From the IMG/VR virus record IMGVR_UViG_3300042691_041259, positions 128,001 to 192,000 of that record: DNA of 64,000 nucleotides. One strand, 5' to 3'. Under the pieces are notes generated by a model. The model was not told where the DNA came from, searched no databases, and saw nothing but the letters and a program-made list of their open reading frames with translations. Source of the DNA: a virus. Its lineage: Duplodnaviria; Caudoviricetes. This document shows, one piece after another, positions 40,323 through 48,544 of the stretch (the stretch's first letter is position 1; every line of letters begins with the position of its first letter). The position numbers and the translations under genes are program-made.

Positions 40323-40548
40323 TCTCTTGATCTTTAGCGTCTTTGGATTGGTATTCATCCTCGAGAGCCTGGACCAGCATTTCCATAACTTCGCCTCGGT
40401 TAGCGCTGTGGTTTTTGGCCATTGCTTCGAGATCTTGTCTCATCATTTTGATGTTGGCGAGACCTGTGTCTCCATTGTTCAACTGGACAATGATACAATC
40501 CCAATCTTCATAGGATTTGTTGATGTAGTTTTTCTTTTCGGTACTCAT
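40309..40548 (-). CDS. Hypothetical protein (79 aa)
   Basis: First gene after the early-type promoter motif at 40570-40595. Confidence 0.6.
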   Translation of the reverse strand: MSTEKKNYINKSYEDWDCIIVQLNNGDTGLANIKMMRQDLEAMAKNHSANRGEVMEMLVQALEDEYQSKDAKDQENALS

Positions 40549-40569
40549 TGTAATATATGTTTGCTATAT

Positions 40570-40595
40570 TTATATTCGCTCATAGAAAAAAGTTT
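40570..40595 (-). promoter_or_regulatory. Early/middle-promoter-like motif AAAC-N14-GAATATAA
   Basis: Directly downstream of a terminator and upstream of a gene start. Confidence 0.6.
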
Positions 40596-40599
40596 TTTG

Positions 40600-40641
40600 C
40601 AAAAAAAGAAAGCCCCCGATGATAGCGAGTCCCGGGGGCTT
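40600..40641 (-). terminator. Rho-independent terminator
   Basis: GC-rich stem AAGCCCC.../...GGGGCTT followed on the minus strand by TCTTTTTTT, after the nuclease gene. Confidence 0.7.
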
Positions 40642-40681
40642 AGTAGTTTTGCAACTACAACGGTCCTAAGTCCGTATATTT

Positions 40682-41827
40682 TTATTTATTGACTTTCTTC
40701 CACTTCTCAAGTCCACGAATAACACCGTTATTGTCTTGAGCCCAGATTCCGAATCTCGCATTTTCGAAACCAAAAGTTCCTCCTTGTCCGGATCTCATTG
40801 AAACGTATAAAGCTGGCCAATACGGATCCGATTGCTTAAGTTCTAGACTACCACCTGTGATAGCAGGGTTATACATTGCGTGCCCGGTAGGCTTTATGGA
40901 ATACCCGTTTTCAAAAGGCTCCCCAGCAGGAATAAATTCAATTGCACCTTGCATGACAACCTGAACGTTATCAGCGGACCACTCTTTATTGCTAGTGGTT
41001 GCTAGGTTTCCAAAGATTGCACGAATTCCAAGATCTATGTGTTCTGGCGGTATTACCACAGCAAATTCGTTCTCTGGCCAATTCTTAGCGTTGCTCCCAA
41101 ATTTTTCCATGATTGCGTTTAAGAAATCTCTCACAAATGGATGATCTGCGCATTGGCTAATCCCGCCATACTGCTGAAAGTCTTTTGCACTCTTTCCATC
41201 TTTATGAGATATGTAGATTGAAGGATCGCCTTTGATTTCCAATATAAAGTCCGCCTTTGGAACGCCTGACACTTTATCAGCCCCTTCCATTTCAACTTCA
41301 CGCAGACCAGATGAATTATACATTTCGCCTTTTACAACAAGCCTAACAGATTCATTAGGTCCCTTGAGCTTGTCAAATTGACTTTGAATGTTTTGAAGAG
41401 CAATCGTCTCTTTTTTAAGTGAGTCTTTAGGTGACCAAAAAATTGCTTCAGGCTTGTAACCCATAAGGAATGCCACAAAGCAGATTGCTTTTTCGAATTT
41501 GTTTGTTGCGTCCTCTCCGTTTTTCAAGGCTTCCATTTCAGCGTTTAAATCTTTTCCGCTTTTTGGAAATTCTTCTAGACGGCTACCATCTTTACTGCTT
41601 CTAATTTTGATAGTTGTCGGGTAAACGGTTACGTAGGCTTCACCACTCAAAACGGCTTTTGCTCCTGGGGAAGAGAAATTCTCCCCAGTTACAATAACCT
41701 TTTCGATGTTCTTGGTATCGCCGCTATACTTGAAGTCTTCGAAAGATCTTCTCAAGGTCTCGCCGTCAACACCTTCGTTTAGAATTGATTCATTAAGAAT
41801 AAAACTTTTGTAGTCTAGCAAGCCCAT
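40682..41827 (-). CDS. PD-(D/E)XK restriction-endonuclease-like protein with capsid-targeting-like N-terminus
   Basis: PKADFILE...IYISHKDG...FQQYGG catalytic pattern; N-terminus MGLLDYKSFILNESILNE. Confidence 0.65.
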   Translation of the reverse strand: MGLLDYKSFILNESILNEGVDGETLRRSFEDFKYSGDTKNIEKVIVTGENFSSPGAKAVLSGEAYVTVYPTTIKIRSSKDGSRLEEFPKSGKDLNAEMEALKNGEDATNKFEKAICFVAFLMGYKPEAIFWSPKDSLKKETIALQNIQSQFDKLKGPNESVRLVVKGEMYNSSGLREVEMEGADKVSGVPKADFILEIKGDPSIYISHKDGKSAKDFQQYGGISQCADHPFVRDFLNAIMEKFGSNAKNWPENEFAVVIPPEHIDLGIRAIFGNLATTSNKEWSADNVQVVMQGAIEFIPAGEPFENGYSIKPTGHAMYNPAITGGSLELKQSDPYWPALYVSMRSGQGGTFGFENARFGIWAQDNNGVIRGLEKWKKVNK

Positions 41828-41890
41828 TCTGTGTACTTTTCTTTTTCTTTTTATGGTTATTTTATCACAATATTGTTAATGACTCTATGA

Positions 41891-42109
41891 TCACTCTATG
41901 ATTAACTCCGGTCCGCCGATGTACTCGGTAATACCGGATTTTGCAACGGAACGAATTTCATAGTCAAAAGTGGTTCCGCGGAAGCGGTCACGCACCTTTG
42001 CTTGGGATTCCTCAATTGTTTCTGCATTTACGAGGTATGTCTCAGTAACGCTACGGAGTTTTCCGTCGTCCTCATAACTTGTCTTTACTCTTACTGTCCA
42101 ATGTGCCAT
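41891..42109 (-). CDS. DUF4494-like small protein
   Basis: WTVRVKTSYEDDGKLRSVTETYLVNAETIEESQAKV matches my recollection of DUF4494. Confidence 0.65.
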   Translation of the reverse strand: MAHWTVRVKTSYEDDGKLRSVTETYLVNAETIEESQAKVRDRFRGTTFDYEIRSVAKSGITEYIGGPELIIE

Positions 42110-42132
42110 ATATGATTGTTTTAGTGTTGCTA

Positions 42133-42140
42133 TATTTATC
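42133..42140 (-). promoter_or_regulatory. Late-promoter-like motif GATAAATA (overlaps the upstream TAA)
   Basis: 24 nt upstream of the ATG at 42109. Confidence 0.5.
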
Positions 42141-43941
42141 CTTCCAATAAGTTGTTTTCAAAAATGATTTTGCAAATTTCTCGTGAAATCTCTGTATCTG
42201 ACGGATAGTGAATTCCAGTTAATTCGCGGGTGTTGGCAATTCTTTCTCCTAGCGCTTTCAGTTCTACTGTGGCATCCGGATACTTTCTCGAGTAGTATTC
42301 GCTCATCATAAATCCAGCAAGCGCATGACCACTAGGATACGAAGCATGATTTGCATCAGTACTCAAAAGTGGGCGGATCGGCATATTGTAATACCAGCTC
42401 AACTGAAATGGTCTGGGACGATTGATTGAGTCTTTGAGAAAATAAAGAGTTGGGTCGGTTTGGCCATCTGCTTTAAAAAAGTTTTCCATGGTTTCTACAT
42501 ATCCGTACTCCGCTAGGAGATCAATAAATGATTGAGCCAAATTTGAAAAGTCTTCTACATATTTTGCAAATGAGAGTTCTTCTTGAGTTGCATTTTTCAT
42601 TTTCTCAATAAGAATTTCCATATCTTTGCGTGTAATCTCGCTGTCATTAGCAGGCGCCTCTGCACATATCTTTTCTGCAATGCCTTTTTCAATGAACCAA
42701 TTCTTAATGCGGTCATCAGGCCGTTGCGCTAACAAAAATTGTTCAGCCGCGCAATTTCCGTATCGCACCTCATTAATGTTAATAGGCGCGTCAACTACAC
42801 CATATTGCGCTTCGTAGACTTCTGTTTTCTTTTTCTTACCTTTATCAGGGCCGCCTTCATGCGGTATCATACCCTGTGCAATAAGAGAAGTTTTTACGCC
42901 AAAAGGGATTTCTTTTCCGGCTTCATATTCCGCCTTATACTTTTGTAGAGTCTCCTCTTTGTACGGTGATTCTTTCTCGTTAACAAATTCTTCAAAAGTC
43001 TGAAAGGATTCCCATGATCTCATAATTTGTTTTCCAGACCTCTCAAAGTTTCCGGAAAAAGAGAGAACATAACCTTCCGGCGTTTCAATAAGCCGGTATT
43101 TTTCTCGAGTGTTTAGTTTTTTGAACGCCTTTTCAATGTATGCCAAGTAGAGCTTTCCTCTGCGCGAGTCTCTGCCAGCCTGACCTTCTTTATCGGTCTT
43201 AGGGTTCATCTGAAATTCAGCAATTCGTACCAGACCGGGAATGCTTATTATCGTGTTAATAAAGTCCAGTGCGCATTCAGTAACAGTAGCCAACACGCGG
43301 TATTGTTCTCCCAGATTAGTCTCGGGTTCTACTTTGGCGCTTCTCGCCGATTCCACGTTAAAAGACGATCCTAGCCACATTGAAAAACTTTTGAAATCGG
43401 GCTGCTTTCGTCCAAACTGAAAGTTCCTGCCAATCAGCCCTTCAATCTTCATGTAGTAGGTCTCTCCGGTTTTGTCCGATTTGAAAGAGTACTCTACTGG
43501 CGATACTCGGGTATACATTTCATCAGTAGATCCTTGAAGCGGATTGTCTTTGGCTTTATCGCATTCCTCCTGTACCCAGCTCTTCACATTTTTATTTACT
43601 GTCCACTTGAAAGGATTTGTAGAGTCGCCGATCTCATTGAGAACACCTTCGCTCTCTAGGAGGTCTTCTCGACCCAATTGTCGATACACTTCTTTACGAG
43701 TCTTCTCCATTTTTTCAGCATAATCAGGATCATCATTCCGATTAAACACAATCTGCTGAGTAAGACTGCCACTAATCTTCTTTAAATCCTTGTCTCGAGT
43801 TTTGATAAGCCATGCTGCAAGGTCCTTGATACTCAGGTCACGAAAGCGCCCTTCTGCATCCGGCGCATCGCTGTCTTTCCACTTGGGAGCGCCTGCTGGC
43901 TTTTTTTCATTCAAAAAGTCGTTAAAAGATACGTGTTTCAT
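42136..43941 (-). CDS. Multi-module putative head protein with C-terminal PAP2/acid-phosphatase domain
   Basis: PAP2 motifs KDSINRPRP, SYPSGH and TRELTGIHYPSD; N-terminus MKHVSFNDFLNE; internal VLNE, FEEFVNE and ININE sites. Confidence 0.8.
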   Translation of the reverse strand: MKHVSFNDFLNEKKPAGAPKWKDSDAPDAEGRFRDLSIKDLAAWLIKTRDKDLKKISGSLTQQIVFNRNDDPDYAEKMEKTRKEVYRQLGREDLLESEGVLNEIGDSTNPFKWTVNKNVKSWVQEECDKAKDNPLQGSTDEMYTRVSPVEYSFKSDKTGETYYMKIEGLIGRNFQFGRKQPDFKSFSMWLGSSFNVESARSAKVEPETNLGEQYRVLATVTECALDFINTIISIPGLVRIAEFQMNPKTDKEGQAGRDSRRGKLYLAYIEKAFKKLNTREKYRLIETPEGYVLSFSGNFERSGKQIMRSWESFQTFEEFVNEKESPYKEETLQKYKAEYEAGKEIPFGVKTSLIAQGMIPHEGGPDKGKKKKTEVYEAQYGVVDAPININEVRYGNCAAEQFLLAQRPDDRIKNWFIEKGIAEKICAEAPANDSEITRKDMEILIEKMKNATQEELSFAKYVEDFSNLAQSFIDLLAEYGYVETMENFFKADGQTDPTLYFLKDSINRPRPFQLSWYYNMPIRPLLSTDANHASYPSGHALAGFMMSEYYSRKYPDATVELKALGERIANTRELTGIHYPSDTEISREICKIIFENNLLEG

Positions 43942-43947
43942 GAAATT

Positions 43948-44325
43948 TTATTGAGGATCTTTGTTTTTACATTGGCAGCCTTCTGTGCAACCACATTCTT
44001 CTGAAATAGCAACCTCCTCAGAGGGAACCTGCGGAGTTTCCACCACAGGTTCCTCGTTCTTTGGAGAAGAAAGAGCCTCTTTGATTCCTTTTTTCATATC
44101 GGAGAATCGATCAATGGATGACAATCCTAGGCAACCGAAAGCCAGGAGAGCCACCGCATCAATGATGTGTTCGTCCGGAGCTTTTTCCAGGAAGAGACAT
44201 ACACAGAGGCTTGCACCGCAAGCTACTCCTACAATTCTCTTGGATGATGGAAGTTTATTGGAATCTTCAAAGATACCAAAGATCCAATTTTTGATAGAAT
44301 CAAAAAACTTAATCAAGGCTTTCAT
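43948..44325 (-). CDS. Small two-TM membrane protein (holin-like candidate)
   Basis: SSKRIVG followed by two hydrophobic stretches and an acidic tail. Confidence 0.45.
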   Translation of the reverse strand: MKALIKFFDSIKNWIFGIFEDSNKLPSSKRIVGVACGASLCVCLFLEKAPDEHIIDAVALLAFGCLGLSSIDRFSDMKKGIKEALSSPKNEEPVVETPQVPSEEVAISEECGCTEGCQCKNKDPQ

Positions 44326-44672
44326 TTCTTTGCAGTCTTTTTATCAACTAATCTGTAAATGGTGTATTCTTCTTGACGAGCTTGATTCCGTGCAACTAAA
44401 TCTCCGGTAGGCATTATTGTGTATTCCACAGCCTCTCCAAAGTCGTTAATGCAATAGTAACGATGGTTTCGTTTTTCTACCACATTTTTTGGAATATCAA
44501 ACCCGTCCTCCCATTTTACTAGAGTAGAGTCTCCGCAAACCCACATTCCTTTATCGGGAAGAGTTCTGCGTTTAATGCCATCCCAATCAATCACTTGATT
44601 GTAGTACAGCGTGTCTTGTCCCAGCGAAAAAAGTGTCATCGCCATGAACGTCATTGAAAGAATAATTTTCAT
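44322..44672 (-). CDS. Hypothetical protein with signal peptide
   Basis: MKIILSMTFMAMTLFSLG-Q is a Sec-type signal. Confidence 0.6.
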   Translation of the reverse strand: MKIILSMTFMAMTLFSLGQDTLYYNQVIDWDGIKRRTLPDKGMWVCGDSTLVKWEDGFDIPKNVVEKRNHRYYCINDFGEAVEYTIMPTGDLVARNQARQEEYTIYRLVDKKTAKK

Positions 44673-45744
44673 TGAGTAATTGTTTAATTTTTGATGTGTA
44701 ATCCGCTACCAGTGCTTTGACCTTATCGGCCGCTGCCTGCGCTGCGGGTGTCGTAATCTTATCAAATTTACTGCTACTTGCAGCAGTTTCCATCTTTTCA
44801 ATATAGCGGTCTTTTACCGCGTTTAGTAAAGCCGTTGCGCTATTATATTTCAAAACTGTGCCAAATTCGCCAAGCTGTTCCAGAGTCTGTGCTACACCTA
44901 CAATGCCATCGCAAAGATCCTCAAATCTAGGATTTGCTGGATCAATACCTTTCCAGGAAGAGAGTTTACTGCTTTCCTTGTATGGTTTATCAGTTCCGCT
45001 TTGTTCCCAAAAGAACTTGGCAATATCATGCATAAAGGTAGAGATATTGGCTGATAGAAGTTTATCTTCTACGCCAGCCCGCTTGCTATAGGCCACCATT
45101 GAGGTTCCTGCAAACTTGGCCCGTACTCCACGAGGCTGTATGCTTAATTCCAAGACTTCTCCAAATGAGGAGTATAGGTTTCCCAGAACAAATCCTTTTA
45201 CGTTTCGGATTGGAGTCATTCTAAAAATTGCCCACTCTTTATAGCCGCTATGCGTAACTACCAAATCAACTTGTACCCAACCTTCACCTTCAGGTGTTTC
45301 CACCTGCATAATAAGCTTTAGCGAACTTGGGTCAGAGACTGATACAGTTTCTTCATAATCAATGAACGCGTAGGACTTATTTTTTAAAAATTGCAACAGC
45401 TCTTTGTTATAGAGTTTTACTGATGCAATCTCATTAGAACGCTCGTCCTTTCCATCAAGTTCCAGCGTAGGATATGCTACCATGAAGTCAATATCTCCAT
45501 AAACCTTGTCAGGCTGCGAGACGATATCATCTTCATACCAGGTTCCACTGCCGATAGGTTTGCTAAATTCCAGCGGAGGCAATTCAATGCCTTTACAGTG
45601 AATTGCAAACTCTTTCCCTATGACGTTAAGTTTCTTTACGCCATCCGCGATGATCTTGGGTTTGATGAGGGTGGACTGAGTTTTTGTGCTCGCCCATCCA
45701 CCCTCAACTAGCCATTGCTCAAAAAGTTTGACGTAATTGGCCAT
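44587..45744 (-). CDS. Pol-beta-superfamily nucleotidyltransferase with capsid-targeting-like N-terminus
   Basis: IGSG...YGDIDF and a third acidic residue in VQVDLV; N-terminus MANYVKLFEQWLVE. Confidence 0.7.
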   Translation of the reverse strand: MANYVKLFEQWLVEGGWASTKTQSTLIKPKIIADGVKKLNVIGKEFAIHCKGIELPPLEFSKPIGSGTWYEDDIVSQPDKVYGDIDFMVAYPTLELDGKDERSNEIASVKLYNKELLQFLKNKSYAFIDYEETVSVSDPSSLKLIMQVETPEGEGWVQVDLVVTHSGYKEWAIFRMTPIRNVKGFVLGNLYSSFGEVLELSIQPRGVRAKFAGTSMVAYSKRAGVEDKLLSANISTFMHDIAKFFWEQSGTDKPYKESSKLSSWKGIDPANPRFEDLCDGIVGVAQTLEQLGEFGTVLKYNSATALLNAVKDRYIEKMETAASSSKFDKITTPAAQAAADKVKALVADYTSKIKQLLNENYSFNDVHGDDTFFAGTRHAVLQSSD

Positions 45745-45751
45745 CTCAATT

Positions 45752-46303
45752 TTATTTTTCTTCAGCTACTACTACAGCAACCACCGGTTCTTCTGCGGGA
45801 GCAGATTGATCAACTACATTCTCTTGACCGTAAACATCCTGATTCACTTGGTGAGTGATTGGAACATTACGGAGAACTTCTGAACCCAACATATTATTAT
45901 AGCTTGGGTACAGAGCAAAATTTTCTGAAAGGAAGCTTTCAAAGTCCATCACAGACTCATTGGTCTTCTTTTTCTCAGCAATCTTATAGGTTTTGCCTTT
46001 AAATTCAAATTCCTCTTTTCCTTCCAGTTTAGCCTTGTGAAGAGCACTGTGGAATGCGCTTTCAGAAACCTCGTCCTCTTCAAGTTCATCCTCAACATCG
46101 TCGTTGGTATCATCTGCTTGGTCAGACGCTGGAGTATCGCTATCTTCAGCCTTTTCGGGTTCTGCTTCCGGTTCATCAGCAGTATCTTCAGCAGGTGTAT
46201 CTGTATCTGCTGCTGGAGCATTCTTGGTTTCTGGCTCTCTTTCAGAATCCGCCGCGGGATTCTCATCAGCCATGAATTCGTCGAACTTTTTTACGTGTTT
46301 CAT
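45752..46303 (-). CDS. Acidic putative head core/internal protein
   Basis: MKHVKKFDEF start, D/E/A/P low-complexity linker, ESAFHSALHKAKLEGKEEFEFKGKTYKI module and internal DFESFLSE. Confidence 0.6.
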   Translation of the reverse strand: MKHVKKFDEFMADENPAADSEREPETKNAPAADTDTPAEDTADEPEAEPEKAEDSDTPASDQADDTNDDVEDELEEDEVSESAFHSALHKAKLEGKEEFEFKGKTYKIAEKKKTNESVMDFESFLSENFALYPSYNNMLGSEVLRNVPITHQVNQDVYGQENVVDQSAPAEEPVVAVVVAEEK

Positions 46304-46334
46304 TTATGTGTCTTTTTTTAGAAAATTACCTAGA

Positions 46335-46343
46335 CTATATATC
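46335..46343 (-). promoter_or_regulatory. Late-promoter-like motif GATATATAG
   Basis: Just downstream of a terminator; heads the operon of capsid-targeting-motif genes. Confidence 0.6.
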
Positions 46344-46356
46344 TAGGAGCACCACA

Positions 46357-46385
46357 TAAAAAAAGGCTGGGCATAAACCCAGCCT
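46357..46385 (-). terminator. Rho-independent terminator
   Basis: AGGCTGGG-tttatg-CCCAGCCT followed by TTTTTT. Confidence 0.85.
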
Positions 46386-46406
46386 ACAAGTGTGTTAATC
46401 GAGCGG

Positions 46407-47540
46407 TTAGAACATAGTTTCCATGCGCTTATACTCAACCTTTACGGGAGTTGCAACGTCTTCCAAATCAAGCTCTTGTTTAAACAAAAGGTTGGAAGCC
46501 TGAATTTGCAGTTTCAAACGATCTTCATGATCCATTTTTACCATGTCTGGGTGTGAAGCCAACCATGTGAGATGGTTAAAGAAGTCGTATGCATTGATTC
46601 CGCTATTTGCGGTAGTTTTCCACTTGTGACTCTTGGCTTTGATATCCAAACCGTACGCTTGATAGAATGGCTTTTCATCAAAGTATTTTCCAATCAGCGA
46701 ATCATAACGGCCATTCTCATTACGGCTTTCAAAGAAATTCTTGTAAGCATAGAATTCAGCAAGAGACGCATTGTTAGATTTGAGGTGGGTTACCGCCTGG
46801 TTAAGCATAACTGGGATATCGCCATTACGATCAACAATTGCTTTACGAATGGCTTGTTCAATCTTTTGGTTGTTATACTTCTGCTTGCTGATGTCAGTGC
46901 CAAAACCATACTGTCGAGCAGTATTACCGTTTGAGCAAACAAGTCGTTCAAAGAACGGAGCGTAATTGAAATAGAGACCAGAGAATGTGAAACGCTGGCC
47001 GCCTTTCCACATATCCAATCCAGTATTGAATACATCAAGTTCAGTGTCCTGCTCCAGAAGAGTCAAAGTAAACTTGTCTTCTTTATCGTTGAAGTGGAAG
47101 TCTTTCAAGGAGTATTCCTTTTCGCTTTCACCCAATGAATTAGTCAACCAGTTGAAATAGTTCTCATAGTTTACCTGATCGTCAGAACGCTTTTTGTTCT
47201 CATTGGCATCATATGCCCAAGAGATTTCGCGGGTTTCGCCTTCGCCTGTGATAGCACCGTGAAGTTTTACCTCGCCTTCAGCCTGCTTTAACTTATATGA
47301 AACAGCTGACCAATCCTCGGGAGACATTTTGTGGCCAATTTCCGCAAAATTCTTTTTTACGCGGAGTGTGCCAAGAATTTTGGCAGCTGCCTGGCCACGT
47401 ACCGGAATACCGCGAAGGGAAATTCCCTGTTCAAAATCAAGGTCTCGAAGAGAGAACTCAGTGAAACTACGATCCTTTTTTCCAGAAAGAATAGTCTCAG
47501 ACTTCTCTCGGATTTGTTCGATGACTTTAGTATTGTTCAT
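46407..47540 (-). CDS. DUF932-like protein (377 aa)
   Basis: FERLVCSNG matches the RxxCxNG motif of DUF932; monocistronic between an early promoter and a terminator. Confidence 0.55.
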   Translation of the reverse strand: MNNTKVIEQIREKSETILSGKKDRSFTEFSLRDLDFEQGISLRGIPVRGQAAAKILGTLRVKKNFAEIGHKMSPEDWSAVSYKLKQAEGEVKLHGAITGEGETREISWAYDANENKKRSDDQVNYENYFNWLTNSLGESEKEYSLKDFHFNDKEDKFTLTLLEQDTELDVFNTGLDMWKGGQRFTFSGLYFNYAPFFERLVCSNGNTARQYGFGTDISKQKYNNQKIEQAIRKAIVDRNGDIPVMLNQAVTHLKSNNASLAEFYAYKNFFESRNENGRYDSLIGKYFDEKPFYQAYGLDIKAKSHKWKTTANSGINAYDFFNHLTWLASHPDMVKMDHEDRLKLQIQASNLLFKQELDLEDVATPVKVEYKRMETMF

Positions 47541-47558
47541 TTTTGAATTATTTGATGA

Positions 47559-47584
47559 TTATATTCGTTAAGTGATTAAGGTTT
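47559..47584 (-). promoter_or_regulatory. Early/middle-promoter-like motif AAAC-N14-GAATATAA
   Basis: Contains TATAAT; 19 nt upstream of the ATG at 47540. Confidence 0.6.
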
Positions 47585-47992
47585 TCTCAACTTAATAACA
47601 TTTAATTCCTGCGTGTAGTATTCCGTTTGATAGCTTCCCATTTCAACCTGTAAGTTTTGAGCTCGTGAAGAATCATATGAAGCAATATGCTTTTCAATTC
47701 GAGGCTCTTCCTCAGTGTCAAAACGAGCGTCCATTTCTCGAAGTACGTATATCGGAAGTTTGATCTTTTCAGAAAGTTTGAGGATCTTTTCGCCATCAAA
47801 AGTTAGGTCCAAATCTCCATGCCAAATTTTAGAGAACCCATCGCCTTCGGGAACTATTAAATTTGCATTGAAAAGCGCAACATTTTCTGGATATGTTTTG
47901 CAATAACCCGACTTAGAGCCAGTCATCATTCTGCCTGGAAGACCTACCGTGATCTCCAGGATTTTGTTACTTACTGTTGTTTGCGTATTCAT
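47576..47992 (-). CDS. Hypothetical protein (138 aa)
   Basis: ORF in operon (WHGDLDL motif); no family recognised. Confidence 0.65.
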   Translation of the reverse strand: MNTQTTVSNKILEITVGLPGRMMTGSKSGYCKTYPENVALFNANLIVPEGDGFSKIWHGDLDLTFDGEKILKLSEKIKLPIYVLREMDARFDTEEEPRIEKHIASYDSSRAQNLQVEMGSYQTEYYTQELNVIKLRKP

Positions 47993-48521
47993 TTTCTACA
48001 GGTTCAAATTTAAAATTGTAAACTCTTAAAGCGTATTTGTTGACCAACTTCTTTCCGGTATTGTAACAGCCGAAAACAGTTTTCCAGTCGCCGTATTTAT
48101 CGTGCAGGTATCGAAGGAGTTTCATGCTCGTTCTTACATTAAATTCAATGTCGTTTTTCAAACGCTTATTGGTAAAAGTAGAATCAGGCCACATCCATCG
48201 TGCAGTGGCCGGCATAATCTGCATTGGACCAAGAGCACCTGCACTAGAACCTTGAGCGTGATTGTACTTCCAGTGAAAAGGGCCTTGATATCCAGTCTCC
48301 TCGTGTGCTATTCCATAGGCATAACTTCTTGGAACATTATATTCCACGGAGTACTTTTCAAGGTAATAATAAAGTTGCAAACATGGTGGAGAATCTTTTG
48401 TGACAGATGTGACTTGCGGAAGGTTTTCTACAGTAGGCGCCTCAGTTGTTGCTTTTGCTGCAAGTATTGCAACAAAGGACAACGTAATACCTAAAGAAAT
48501 GATAAGATGTTCTAGTTTCAT
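47967..48521 (-). CDS. Lytic transglycosylase (SLT domain) with N-terminal hydrophobic anchor
   Basis: HEETGY catalytic Glu; GALGPMQIMPATA and CYNTG motifs. Confidence 0.92.
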   Translation of the reverse strand: MKLEHLIISLGITLSFVAILAAKATTEAPTVENLPQVTSVTKDSPPCLQLYYYLEKYSVEYNVPRSYAYGIAHEETGYQGPFHWKYNHAQGSSAGALGPMQIMPATARWMWPDSTFTNKRLKNDIEFNVRTSMKLLRYLHDKYGDWKTVFGCYNTGKKLVNKYALRVYNFKFEPVENEYANNSK

Positions 48522-48544
48522 AGTTTAAGTTTTAAGTGGAACAA

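Noticed and set aside
41882-41902. Short direct repeat actctatgat x2 at the end of the DUF4494-like gene
   Set aside because: Only 10 nt and two copies; plausible by chance or from local slippage.
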